Shown here one piece after another: positions 1 to 11,900 of a stretch of DNA of 64,000 nucleotides. The notes below the pieces were generated by a model. That model worked only from the letters and a program-made list of their open reading frames with translations. It ran no database searches and had not been told where the DNA came from. The stretch's first letter is position 1. The number at the start of each line of letters is the position of its first letter. Source of the DNA: a virus (lineage: Duplodnaviria > Caudoviricetes); the IMG/VR virus record IMGVR_UViG_3300011008_000071, positions 54,714-118,713 of that record; one strand, given 5' to 3'. A program made the position numbers and the translations under genes.

Positions 1-2
1 CG

Positions 3-380
3 GTTTCTGTAGTATGACCTGTAATACTTATTGATGCAGGTCATCTCTTGTTCCTCTTCTGCAAGCAGGTCTGTATAGTAATAGTATATATTAACATTGC
101 ATCTCATCTTCTTGGCAAAGAGGAGACGGTAATGTGCAACCAGATTCAGAATCGCCGATTCCAGTTCAATTACGACCTGCTGCTTATATTGCACCAGAGA
201 GGTTATCAGCCTCGACTGTAGTGTCAGGTTACGTAACACAGATTCGAAATTGATAAACACATTTAGGTCATCACCTGGTTGTATGTTTAACATACTCGAA
301 TTGATATGAATATCCAGATCTGCCCATCTGGCCATATATCTACCTGCGGCAACAGCTACCCCAGGATGGTATCCTTCCAT
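3..380 (-). CDS. 5' part of a hypothetical phage protein, running off the window edge
   Basis: GGAGG RBS, then ATG at 380. Open frame MEGYHPGVAVAAGRYMARW...VFINFESVLRNL...NLVAHYR continues to the edge. Not in the ORF track. Confidence 0.6.
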   Translation of the reverse strand, partial: MEGYHPGVAVAAGRYMARWADLDIHINSSMLNIQPGDDLNVFINFESVLRNLTLQSRLITSLVQYKQQVVIELESAILNLVAHYRLLFAKKMRCNVNIYYYYTDLLAEEEQEMTCINKYYRSYYRN

Positions 381-395
381 GTACAATCCTCCTTC

Positions 396-587
396 CTATA
401 GTATATTCATAATGATTAACATGATGCATGCGACCCATCGCAAAGTCTCATCACCACTCAGTATCAGTGCTAACATAATTCCTCCATATAATGTATATGG
501 AATAAGGATTATCAGTGTTGCAGCAGTAATACTGAATTGAGAAGCGAAATCAATCAACAGGTCACGGGGTCTCCTTATTTGTTTCAT
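396..587 (-). CDS. small two-TM membrane protein
   Basis: 63 aa with two hydrophobic stretches; start overlaps the primase stop (ATGA). Confidence 0.55.
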   Translation of the reverse strand: MKQIRRPRDLLIDFASQFSITAATLIILIPYTLYGGIMLALILSGDETLRWVACIMLIIMNIL

Positions 588-1558
588 ACATTCTTATGGG
601 CGAGCTTGATTTCTTCCAGCTTCACTCCTACGTCCTTTCCTATAACATTCCAGCACAACGTGATCTGTTTAAACATCCACTTGTAGCCCTTTAATCGGAA
701 TATCAATTCTTTCATATCAATTCCTTTGTCGATGTAAATCCTTACAGATACATTCTTGCCTATGATACCTTTTCCTATCATGTGTTCTAGGGCGGAGATA
801 TAGTCGGAACCCAGTGCAGCAATGAATGCAGAATTCTTGGTATCATAGAAGTTCTTGTAAACGGAAAGAATATCAAAAACACCTTCTGCAATATTGATAA
901 CAATCGACTCCTGGGTGAATATATCAATCTGGGATTTGATTGTATAGAATGCCCGACCCATGCCTCTCATGATTCCCAGCTTCCTCCAGGAATGATCTTC
1001 ATCTGCTGGAGTTAATCTTCGAATCATCAACGTGGTCTTATCATCTGATAAGAATGTAATGGTTTCGCCTGGGTTGGGTAATGTGTTGCGGACCTTGGCG
1101 GAATCGATATATGGAATAATTCCTCGGAAATCCCATACGATTTTGAACCTATCATAGTCTTCGAATGAGAAACCTTTTCCAAGTCGGTTTTCAATATATG
1201 CAACCTGGTTGGATGCAATTACAGGTGTTCCTATTACCAGACTTACATCCGATACCGATGTTAATGGAATCTTCCTAGAGCGGTTTGTTAATGCCAGTCG
1301 CTGTACATCTTTGCTCAGACCGAGCTTCTTCAGGAAGTACTTGTTCACAATACCATGTGCATTACACAGAAAGCAATTATAGAGCAGAGGTTCCATCGGA
1401 TCATTTGAGCATTTGATGTAACAATGGCTGTCTGTTGGGTCCTTCTGACTATCCCCACAGATAGGACATCGTATCCTATATTCCACACCGTTAACAGGTT
1501 TGCATATGGGAACGCCTTTCTGAATCTCAGAAAGGATTTCATATTTCGTTGGTTTCAT
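584..1558 (-). CDS. DNA primase (Zn-binding domain + TOPRIM; T4 gp61-like)
   Basis: N-terminal RCPICGDS...YNCFLC zinc ribbon, TOPRIM motif IAEGVFD and a later YID. GGAGG RBS before ATG 1558. Confidence 0.8.
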   Translation of the reverse strand: MKPTKYEILSEIQKGVPICKPVNGVEYRIRCPICGDSQKDPTDSHCYIKCSNDPMEPLLYNCFLCNAHGIVNKYFLKKLGLSKDVQRLALTNRSRKIPLTSVSDVSLVIGTPVIASNQVAYIENRLGKGFSFEDYDRFKIVWDFRGIIPYIDSAKVRNTLPNPGETITFLSDDKTTLMIRRLTPADEDHSWRKLGIMRGMGRAFYTIKSQIDIFTQESIVINIAEGVFDILSVYKNFYDTKNSAFIAALGSDYISALEHMIGKGIIGKNVSVRIYIDKGIDMKELIFRLKGYKWMFKQITLCWNVIGKDVGVKLEEIKLAHKNV

Positions 1559-1610
1559 CTTTACATCCTCCTTCATCCTTGTTAAATACAGAATATATCA
1601 TTTTAAAATA

Positions 1611-1618
1611 TATATTAT
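1611..1618 (+). promoter_or_regulatory. putative early promoter motif TATATTAT (one of more than 12 intergenic copies)
   Basis: Also at +16142, +21549, +22298, +23334, +52521 and -38903, -55070, -63797. Variants at +4486 (TATATTAC), +28943 (TATATTCT) and +18489, +37474, +63848 (TATATCAT). Resembles the phiKZ early consensus TATATTAC. Confidence 0.65.
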
Positions 1619-1725
1619 CATAGTAGATGAATTAAGGACGAATGCCAACCGAAGCAGTAATTGTCCATGGAGAGGCATACTTATTCATTGGCAAAATTAA
1701 AAATTTTATACAGGAGGAATTTTCA

Positions 1726-2904
1726 ATGGAAACATTAGAAAAGAAAGCAGTAATCATAGGCATTGGTAACTGTGGTTCCCAGGTTGCTAATCTAGCCGAG
1801 AAGAAGTACTCTGATCTCTTCGACTGTGTTTACATCAACAGCAGTGAAGCGGATCTTGCAATGGTTCAGACACAGAGTAATCTGAAGTACAAAATCGGCG
1901 ACAGAGAAAAGATAGAAGGCTCAGGTAAAGACCGCAGTAAGATGAAGGAATATCTCAGAGCAGGAGCGAAGAAGATCATCTGCGATGAGGCATTCAGAGA
2001 TGTTGTTGCCAGTAAGAAATATTGCTTCGTAGTTGCATCATCTGCAGGCGGAACAGGATCTGGTTCGGCACCACTTCTGATGGAACTTCTCCGTCAACTC
2101 TTCCCTGACACGCATTTCATTCTGATTGGCGTATTACCACAGCTGGCTGCATCGCTGATGGAGCAGGGTAATACACTTGAGTTCCTGAATGAACTGTATG
2201 AGCTGTTGGGTGACGACACTACGTATATGATTTATGACAATGAGACGGTTTCCGATCTCCCGCCTACGATGGCTCTGGAGAAGGTGAATGAATCCATCGT
2301 TGAAGATCTGAAAGTTCTTACTGGTGTTGACAACTACCCCACACCATATGAATCTATTGATGAGGCAGATATGGAACAGATCATCACGACCCCAGGGAGG
2401 CTTCTGGTTACCAGAATCAACAAGGGACTTACGGAGAAGGCGATGGAAGACAATCGTCTGGACGAGCTCATTGTTAAATCGATCAAGAACTCCAACCACT
2501 GCGAGACGGACCGCAACAAGAAGGTTATTCGTTGCGGAATAATCACATTCTTCACGGACGAAGTTAACAGACTTTATGCTCCGAACCTGGAAGGGCTTAT
2601 CAAGTTCCTCGGAACCCCGAAGGAGAGATTCAATCATAACGCGGTAAACGGCGGTCAGGAATCATTGAACTTCCTGTACATGATTGCATCTGGTCTCTCC
2701 CCGATCAATGACAGGGCAAAGAAGATCAATGAACGCATTGAGGAACTCAAGGAGATGTTGGCAAAGGATGACACCAACAAGTATGTCCTGTCCGGGGATG
2801 TTGAAACATACTCCAGTGCCGCTGAGAGAAGGAAGATGGCTTCAAAGTCCAAGGAAGGAACAGCAATCGACACGGCTGCCATCTTCGACAAGTTCATGAA
2901 ATAA
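1726..2904 (+). CDS. phuZ: phage tubulin (PhuZ/TubZ, tubulin/FtsZ GTPase family)
   Basis: IGIGNCGSQ T1 loop, GSGKDR and the tubulin signature GGGTGSG; AGGAGG RBS before ATG 1726. Confidence 0.85.
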   Translation: METLEKKAVIIGIGNCGSQVANLAEKKYSDLFDCVYINSSEADLAMVQTQSNLKYKIGDREKIEGSGKDRSKMKEYLRAGAKKIICDEAFRDVVASKKYCFVVASSAGGTGSGSAPLLMELLRQLFPDTHFILIGVLPQLAASLMEQGNTLEFLNELYELLGDDTTYMIYDNETVSDLPPTMALEKVNESIVEDLKVLTGVDNYPTPYESIDEADMEQIITTPGRLLVTRINKGLTEKAMEDNRLDELIVKSIKNSNHCETDRNKKVIRCGIITFFTDEVNRLYAPNLEGLIKFLGTPKERFNHNAVNGGQESLNFLYMIASGLSPINDRAKKINERIEELKEMLAKDDTNKYVLSGDVETYSSAAERRKMASKSKEGTAIDTAAIFDKFMK

Positions 2905-2927
2905 TTTCATATCATATCAATTACAAC

Positions 2928-2956
2928 TTCATACCCCGCAACAGGCGGGGTATGAA
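2928..2956 (+). terminator. GC-rich hairpin after the tubulin gene
   Basis: TTCATACCCCGC-AACAG-GCGGGGTATGAA, 12-bp stem. Confidence 0.55.
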
Positions 2957-2988
2957 ATACTATTTTAACTCTAAGGAGGAGTTTTACA

Positions 2989-4311
2989 ATGGCTAGTTTA
3001 CCTGTCAAGGCAGTACAGGCAGTTGGAAAATGGTTAGGCGACAAGGCCCTGAAAACAATCGCCAAACCACTCGATGAAATGGTTGATAAGAATATCACTG
3101 ATATTACGACAACCATTGGCTCATTCGTCATCCGTAAGGTACGAGGAAAGTTCCAAAGATCATTAACATTCGAAGTCGGGGTTCATTACGGCGACAATTG
3201 GATGGAAGAAGCCCTGTATGGAATTCTGTATGAGTATAACAACATCAAGAATTCCACCCAGGTTCACCTTACCAATATTCGCAAGCCCGGGAAACCTGAT
3301 GACTTATATTCCACCCTCGGTGAAGGTACTCACAACATGAAGTACAGAGAGTGGAACATTCTTCTGTGTATTCAGAGCAGTACCATAGGAGGACATGGTA
3401 CACCTGTTCGACATGTGACAATATACACCATCATCACGTATGATATGAATCCGAAGTTCGTCAAGATGTTCGAAGCCGACATGCGTCGTCACCGCAATGC
3501 CCTACTTCATATCAGTCCTGATTCTCCTACTCTGAATGTGTATACCGATGGTCATGAGAATGATGGTCTGACATACTGGGAATATTCGGCCCCAATTCCC
3601 AAACGCAGAATCAATACCATCTATCTCCCCAGAGAACAGCTGAAACGTATCATTGATACCATCAATGAGTTCTTCGCTAACAAGCAGTTCTATATCGATC
3701 ATGGAATTCCGTGGACATTGAAGATCCTGTTCTATGGTCCAGCAGGTACAGGCAAAAGCAGTCTTGTTAAGATGATTGCTTCAGAATGGAACCGAAATCT
3801 CTTCGAATGTTCCGGTGGTAAGATGGGCAAATTCATTCCTAACTGTCTAACAGACTATATCGAGGGAATGATTGACCCTGTTCTATCAATATCTGATGTC
3901 GATAAGTATCCAATCCTGATCAATGAAGCCGATACCAACATTGCAAACAAGGACGAGAAGCAGAGCGAAGAACAGCTTCAGTACAAGCAGATCTTCAATA
4001 AGATGATTAATGCTCTAGACGGCATTACCTCAGGCGAGAACAGAATCATCATCATGACCACGAATCACATTGAGAAGTTCTCTGAGACATTCCTGAGACC
4101 AGGTAGAATAGATCTGATCGAAGAGATCGGCTATGTTACACCGGAAACATTCAGACGGTTCTTCCTTGATTTCTATAATATCGTCCTTCCGGAAAATATT
4201 GAACTCCGTGACGGCCCGTTGACCATTGCAGAAATGCAGAGAGACATTCTGTATTACAAGCTTGATTCAGATCAGTTCCTTGAGAAATATCTGAAGAAAA
4301 ATAAGAAGTAA
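2989..4311 (+). CDS. BCS1-like AAA+ ATPase
   Basis: Walker A GPAGTGKS, Walker B-like ISDVD, INALDG, IMTTNH, RPGRID and GIPW before Walker A, as in the BCS1 clade. Confidence 0.8.
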   Translation: MASLPVKAVQAVGKWLGDKALKTIAKPLDEMVDKNITDITTTIGSFVIRKVRGKFQRSLTFEVGVHYGDNWMEEALYGILYEYNNIKNSTQVHLTNIRKPGKPDDLYSTLGEGTHNMKYREWNILLCIQSSTIGGHGTPVRHVTIYTIITYDMNPKFVKMFEADMRRHRNALLHISPDSPTLNVYTDGHENDGLTYWEYSAPIPKRRINTIYLPREQLKRIIDTINEFFANKQFYIDHGIPWTLKILFYGPAGTGKSSLVKMIASEWNRNLFECSGGKMGKFIPNCLTDYIEGMIDPVLSISDVDKYPILINEADTNIANKDEKQSEEQLQYKQIFNKMINALDGITSGENRIIIMTTNHIEKFSETFLRPGRIDLIEEIGYVTPETFRRFFLDFYNIVLPENIELRDGPLTIAEMQRDILYYKLDSDQFLEKYLKKNKK

Positions 4312-4320
4312 AAGATCAAA

Positions 4321-4347
4321 AATCCCGGTGGAATTTCCACCGGGATT
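4321..4347 (+). terminator. hairpin after the AAA gene
   Basis: Inverted repeat AATCCCGGTGGAA/TTCCACCGGGATT. Confidence 0.6.
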
Positions 4348-4487
4348 ACGAATTTATTTTTGTCAAAAATGGGCAAATTTTGGTCATTTTTGGTCAATGT
4401 CCCACACTTTGCGAAAAGTAAAATTTCCAAACACCCTCTAGCTCCCAGCTCTGGCCGAGAAAAACGGATCCCGATTTTTCAGATATA

Positions 4488-4646
4488 TATTACATGTATA
4501 GACATGTAAATGTCTGTACATGTAACTCCTTGACAGTCGTTCCATGATCGACATGGATGAGTAATCATGTATAGTCATCCATGATTACTACAGTCATGAC
4601 ATAGTCATGTAATCCATGTCTATACAGACTGTCTATACATGTAATA
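4488..4646. repeat. CATG-rich nested inverted-repeat element
   Basis: Perfect 17-bp terminal inverted repeat TATTACATGTATAGACA/TGTCTATACATGTAATA, internal inverted repeats and 11 CATG in about 160 bp of intergenic DNA. Confidence 0.8.
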
Positions 4647-4752
4647 ATTCTCAGTGGAGTTTTCAATTTTTGAGGGTTTTCAAATTGACTAAAATTGAAG
4701 ATAATCAACCGTGGGTAAGACGGTTGATTATCACTATATTATTCTTTTCTGA

Positions 4753-5856
4753 TTATGCCTGTAATTCTCTTTCTATTACACTTATTCTGCCCGATAATGT
4801 TATTACTTCATTCCTCAGGTTATTCAATTCAGCCAGTATCTGCTCTACAGGTAGAGATACCTGCTGATCAATCTTTGATCTCAGTTCCATCAGTTCCTGT
4901 CTGATTTCAGGTATCTCTACGTTAGCTGATGATTGTATTGATACAGGCTGTGTATTTTCTAACTGGGTGATACGGTCAAGTATGATAGAGATATCATCAG
5001 TAGAAGCTTTGCCTAACAAAACACTGTCTAAGCCTGTAATGTCTTCGACGGTTAGTTGAGGTAAATCTTCTTTTGTCAGGTTTGATACTCCTGTAATCTG
5101 CCCAGTACTGGATACAGTCAGCTTCGTGTATATACCAGGTTTGATATCGGTCTGCATGGCATCCAGTCTGGAAAATACAGTATCTCTGATATTGTTAATA
5201 TCATCAATGGATGCCATATTCAGTATCCTGGATTCTATCTTCTGTAATCTACCTGTCAACTGAGTAGGAATATCCTGCATGGTCAGTTCAGAACCGCCTG
5301 TAACTCGACCTTTGGAATCCCAGAACACCTTGCAACCATTACCGGCTATGGTAGAGAATCTATCCTCAGTCACTGTAGGAATACTTGCTTTGATCAGCTC
5401 AAGATTCTCTGCCAATCCAGATATCTTCTCAACAGGGAGTTCTGGGATATCCTCAACCAACAATGGTGAAGCGTCTATGACCAAACCATGGTCATCGACA
5501 TTCACCTTACACCCGCTAACAGCAGGAATAGATTTTTTAGTGAAAGAATCAAATGCCGACGAAATGCGGGACAATTCCGCCCGCCCGGGCAGTGATGAAA
5601 TGAGGTCACGTAGTCCAGTTACCTTGTCGATTGGAATGTCAGGTATATCGGAAACGTCAAGTGGAGAACCGGCGTACACCAGCCCCGCCGCGTTGTATGC
5701 CACCTTACATGCCATTCCAGGAGATATTGGTTTCTCTGCTTTCACGGATGTTTTGGAGTCTATCTTCAGAGCTGTTAATTGTTTCTTTGCTGCCTCCAGC
5801 TCCTGCTCCAGAGTCCGTATTCTATTCTGTATATCATTGATTATTTCAGTATTCAT
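4753..5856 (-). CDS. putative tail-fibre-associated protein with phage-tail-type repeats and coiled coils
   Basis: Four repeats of K-V..(D/N)..G.V....L...D(I/L)P, three followed by (I/V).GL; heptads at both ends; GGAGG RBS before ATG 5856. Confidence 0.55.
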   Translation of the reverse strand: MNTEIINDIQNRIRTLEQELEAAKKQLTALKIDSKTSVKAEKPISPGMACKVAYNAAGLVYAGSPLDVSDIPDIPIDKVTGLRDLISSLPGRAELSRISSAFDSFTKKSIPAVSGCKVNVDDHGLVIDASPLLVEDIPELPVEKISGLAENLELIKASIPTVTEDRFSTIAGNGCKVFWDSKGRVTGGSELTMQDIPTQLTGRLQKIESRILNMASIDDINNIRDTVFSRLDAMQTDIKPGIYTKLTVSSTGQITGVSNLTKEDLPQLTVEDITGLDSVLLGKASTDDISIILDRITQLENTQPVSIQSSANVEIPEIRQELMELRSKIDQQVSLPVEQILAELNNLRNEVITLSGRISVIERELQA

Positions 5857-5958
5857 ATCGATCCCTCCTAAGACCAAACCTTTAATAATTTAAGCATCGG
5901 TTTTGCCCTGTGGAACGCAGTATTAAACCGAAAATCTATTGAGAGGAGTTGTTTCCAA

Positions 5959-8900
5959 ATGCGGAATAATATGTATGAAGGCAGATGGAGCCCATTCGAT
6001 CCCATCTGGTATCAGCAAGCATTTGACAAATTTATTTCCACGGCAGATGAATTGTTTAACCAGGACGAAATCATCGCCGCTGGTTATGAGCTCCCTGAGT
6101 CCGATGGATCTAAATCATCGGTCTTTCACCATGATGCAGTTACTAATAACTCATTCGATGAGATACAGCTCCGTGAGACCCTGAAAGACATTTACTTGAA
6201 TTCTCATAACCGTCTCATGGCTGCCAATCATGACAACGTTCATTTCTTTCAGTATCAGTGTACGATGAAAGACGTGAAGTTGATTCCGAATACCAGATTC
6301 TGTGAACTTACCATCCCTACAGAATCCCTGATCACATCACGTGATAAATACAAGTTCCAGCAGTTTTACCGTAAGTGGATCCCTATTACGGATCTCCTGA
6401 ACTCTTGGGACGTGTTCAAATTCTCCGTCCTGTTATTCATCAATCAGAAAATCTATTCTGAGTATGAGTTGCGGATGGATGACCAGGAGACGGTAATCCG
6501 TTTCAAGTATTATGATCACTGGATAGACAACGACTATACTATTTATATATACAAATTCGATACCAATGCTCAGTGTAGAGTAAAGGTATCGAAAGAGTTG
6601 ATTCTTAATCAGTGGAATTGGAAGATGCCCATATCCTATCTTCCTGATAAGCGTATCCTAAATTCCAATAAACTGATCTGTGCATTCAACAAGATATCGG
6701 ATATGAATATCCGTACAGACGGCATTACCAAGGCGGAAGTCATGGGTGATAACCTGGAGTTCCTCACGATCGAAGATGGGTATATAGATCTATCCAAATG
6801 CAGTGAATTCAACAAGCACCTGATGGTTACGGACAACCAGCAGTGGATATGGATGACCATCATCTGTCCGAAGTTCATGCATGAGTTTCCGATACTGAAT
6901 CCGACAGATGTAATCTACCGTCCATATGTCCCCAGATACAAACAGATCAAAGTCAAGGATAATGGGATCTGGAAGAATGTCAGAACGGATGTTAACTCCG
7001 AGAGAAAGAATGTATACATCAACATGTATGACCCTCCGGCCAATCTAAGTTTCTATATCAATGAAGATGATGAACTCGTCATTGAATACAACGGAAATGA
7101 CGATCTGGAAGTTGGAACGGACATATTCATTGATGAGAATGGGTATGTGATTCTGAACTCAAATGCTTCCGGTGTTGATATCGAACTTTCCAAGTACTAC
7201 TTCAAAGAAGATGGAAATGGAGAGTTGAATGTATACTATTCATGGAATGATGGATGGAATTACATCATTCGACCAATTGTTTTATCAGATGCATATGATG
7301 TCCAAGATATGGACGTGTATGACCTGATCAATGCGGATATGGAACAGCTTAGACAGTTGACCATTGAAGCAGCAGATATGGTTGAAACATTCCGCAGCTT
7401 CATCACCTATGAATACACCTCAGATGATGACTTCTTCACCAAGTTCAATGCTTTGATCGCCAAGTTCGATGAGATTCATACATATCTGAATGAGTATATG
7501 ACCAAGAAACGGATGTCATATATCACAGAGTATGAAGCTGTATGGGAAGAGTTCCATGAAATTGCAGAAGAGATCATATCTACCCCAGGTACGGTTGTAA
7601 CCAGAAACAATCCTGAAGATGAACTTAAGACGGTGAATGCTTACTATGCAATCACTCGTTTCCATCGGCAGCATTCCAAATATAAAGACTTCTGGGCATT
7701 CATATCTCCTTTGATATATATTCCCCGTGAGTTTGCAGATAGATATGAAATATCCATCATCACTTCCAGAATTGGAAATGTTACTCTCTGGGAGGATCCC
7801 AAGAAGGCAACTACTAAGTTGAGATTCAAACGCCCCGTGGACACATCTGATTTCTGGACCTTCGAGTACGATCAGGATGATCAAGTATGGAGACCATATA
7901 TGCTTAATATTGATCACCGTTTCCCGGATGTATATCTCCTGACGGATCCAAATGAGGAAACTCCTACACCGAATCGTGTATTCAAATCTTTCATATTCTA
8001 TTCTGATACGATGAATGTTAGAGAACCCAGCTCTGATATCGTTAGAGCATCTGCTTCATGGGATGATGATATGAATGAATTCGAATATGATAAGGCAGGA
8101 TCATACCGGAATATCTTCATGGAGAAGTTCTACTGGATGGCTGTCAAGACCATCTACAGAGGAATCATGATGACGAACTATAGGTGGGAATGTATTGAAT
8201 ATATTCAAGACAATGCCAGCTATGAACGTTTCAATGCCCTGTTCCTCAACACAATGGAGCCATATATCAAGATGGGCGAAAGCACATATCTCAAGTCGGA
8301 TGATTACGGCTTCCTCGTGGATAATCGAATCTCGAAGATGAATGAATACCTGAAGGCATCCTTCCTCGGGTATAATCAAACCACAGGGTTTGAGATGTAT
8401 CTTAACAAGACATGGAAGCCTTCATACTATGATTTCATTGTGAATGTTGACGATAACTTCCAGGGCGATATGAGATTGGTTAGAAGACCTAGATCCACAT
8501 TCGATACCAGACGTGTGATCAAGACTCTGCAGGAAACCCAGTTTTATATCTCCGGAGCAATCAAGGTGCTGAATAAGAATATTGAGGAAATCATTTCCGA
8601 CATCAAGTATTCAGGACTTAACTTCCAGATTGAGTTGCTTGAAGAGCTTTTCGATCTTACATCCAAACTCCAATCCAATATGGACAAATGTATCGAGTTC
8701 GTAAACAACCTCGATCTTGATATATATTCCATAGAGGATGTAAATACAATCATCAGATACATTGAAAGACATTATGAACTCATAGAGATTATCAAGGATA
8801 AATTCTCCGGTATCAAAGACTTGCTTGGAGACCCTTCCCTGTTTGACGCCAAACTCACAATTCTTGAAGCGATATCCGCTGTGATCAGAATCGATCTGTA

Positions 8901-11900
8901 TGATATCGTGTTCGAACTGGGTTCATACATTCAGGTATTTGACATCGAATCTTTCATGAGAGGTGTAAACAACCCTGAATTCTTCAATGATCTGGATCAT
9001 GTTGATGATTCATCCCTCATAGGAGCAATCAACACATTCAAGACAGCATGGCCTGCATCGGTACAGAAAGCACGTAATGCACTATACGTTTCAACGACAT
9101 CATTATGGGCATTCTATAATCCGGATAAGTCATACAAACAGTCTGAAGTAGAGCGCATGCTCCAGTTGGTACAGAATGTACGAGATGATATGTATGATCT
9201 TGAAACGGAAGTATACAAGTGCTGGCCAAAAGAAACGGACTATGAGCCAAACATCGTTTCCAAGATGATATTCGCCAAGGAATCGATCGACGCTTTGGTT
9301 GATTCCATGGAACACATCGTAAATCTGAGGGTTCGTCTATTCAATGTCTTTGACGACATTCGCTCCAGAATCGTTGAAGTGACGTCAATTGGAACCGATC
9401 AACAGGAAGATGATTATGCTCTCACCATCGATTCCGCCTTTGATGTGATTACGGAACATCTGTCATACATCGCAGGTGAAAACAGAAAATCCGATGCTCT
9501 CGAGGAGCATCAGAAATGTATTGCATCGATTGAAGGATGGATTACATATGTTACCAGAGCTAAGGATATTTACATGAGACTTGCTTCCGTTGTAGGAACT
9601 CCGAATGTGTTCTTAGATACACTTGCTCCGTATCATGAGTATCTTGATGCATTACTGGCATACATGCGTACGGTTGATAGGGAATTCATACCTGATACCC
9701 ATTCTCCGACATATTCTTCTGTATATCAGATTGACGAGATCCGTCTTACCAATGGCGGCTACAATCACCAAGTTGGTGATGAAGCATACTTCGAGAATCT
9801 CGGTGTATATACAATATCTGGTACAGATGGAAACATCAATGTTTGCACAGGTCTAGAAGATCCGAATCTGTATGAGATTGATCTTTCATTTGATGCTTAC
9901 ATCGACAATGCCGGGGATCTGATTCTTGAGGTTCCTAATACTCCTGTGTCCGATGCATACATCAATGCATACGGGAATCTGGTGGTAATCCTGGATGATG
10001 ATTCTACCAGCGACATTCAGAATTATCAATTCAGAGTTAACCATGATGGATACCTATACATGACCCAGGTAAACAAGACGGGAATATATCTGAACTCGAG
10101 AGAGGAACTCATCATTGAAGTTGATACAGACGTTGATTTCACATTAGTGGTCAATGAGAATGGAGAATTGATTCTAACAATGAATGAAGACGATGCACTC
10201 GATCTTGAGCTGTATCGGTTCTATGTCACATCGGATGATGATCTGATGATCCGTCGTACGGATAACGTATTCTATCGTAATACAACATTCAGAGATCCAT
10301 GCGTACAATCTAACCCATATGATTCCATTACATCTGGAAACGGTGTAGGTATTACAATTGACTCTATTTCATCTACGGAAATCAAAATCTTCAATGATTC
10401 GGTAATAACATCATACATCGACAGAGCTAAGAATCTGCTGCACATGGCTGAACGTGACATGTATTCTATTAACCCATTCAGCAATAATGGTATACACACT
10501 CTGATTGAAAAGCTGAATGTTCTTCAGTCTGATTGGAGGAAGTTCCGTTCTGTATACTCTGAGTATATTTCTCCGTCAATTGTATCTTCAATGGATACAA
10601 TGATTGAATCATTGACCAGTCTAATTGATCCTCTGAATGTTCTTGTAACTACCAGAGAGAAGAATGATCTGAAGACATTGGTTGGAACATTCACCGATTT
10701 CCTCGATACTACGAATCTGGTATTCCAAAAGAATAACATGCGTACTCCAAACTACATCTACTTCGTTAATAGAGTAAATGTTAGATATGGTGAGTTGGTG
10801 GATTATTACGGAAATGGAACCACTTGGAATGGCGCAGATGAACTCAGAGAGATACTGGATGACTGCGAGTATGAACTCAGACTTTTCAATCGAAAGATGA
10901 TATCCCTTCTTCCGAATGAGGTTGAACCTCAGGCACTATATGCGTCCGTAATGGCATTGATTGCAAACAGTCTTATCTGTCTAACGACAATACCAGAAAC
11001 ATATCAGGCAATCAACTCAGCAATTGTGAATATCAATTACTACATGAACCTGATTCCAGATCCAATCAGAGTTGATGAATGGTATCGTTTCAACAAGGTG
11101 ACGATTGCGGAAGAAGGCCGTAACTACCAGCCTGGCGACATCATTGAAATCATTCCTGCTCTTCCTAAAGATGCATATGGGAATGAAATTCATGATAACG
11201 AGGATGTTATCATGTCGGATAAGATGTTTATCAAAGTTACCAAGGTAACACCATCCGGCGGAGTAATTGAAGCAATTCCGATAATGGAATATGCAATCCC
11301 GTATCAGGCATGGGGAGTAAGAGATACAATAACCAAATCTGGAACAGGTGAATTCCTGAGGATAATGGTATACTCCTATCCAATTACTCAGAATGATTCT
11401 ACACTATTCCTGTCAGATGACTCGTATATTCCTCCTGTAAACCAATTCGATGAGAATGACTTGTTCATGTTCAAGTTTGGAAACATTCATGATCTTCCGA
11501 TTGGATATGACATATTCTTCAACGGCAAGCAGGCACAGGACGTAATCATTCGTCATGAGCATGAAAGTAATCAATATCAGGGCAGAGATGTCGATGTGAT
11601 ATACTTGAATGCAAATGAGGTAATGAGACTTGCAGATTCATCTGTATTCATGGAGAATGAAAATTACTTCGTATACAAGATTGATCAGCTGTCAATTACG
11701 GATCCTGGTGCAGGATATTACGAGGGACAGGTTATCACCATTGATACAGGTACAGTTGCCATGAAAGTTCAGGTAACTGCATTAACCGACAATCTTACCA
11801 AGGGTATCAAATCGATATCCATGGTTCAAGATTATCAACTCTTTGAAGGAGTTGATCCTACATGTGAAAGTGCTGAAGTTGTTACAGATTCGATGAATAA

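Noticed and set aside
1726-2904. Cellular ftsZ in a bacterial chromosome
   Set aside because: No dcw cluster; the sequence is divergent and the surrounding genes are jumbo-phage type.
4488-4646. Mini-CRISPR or MITE
   Set aside because: No unique spacers and no second copy in the window; no clear target-site duplication. The overlapping ORF 4616-4867 looks spurious.
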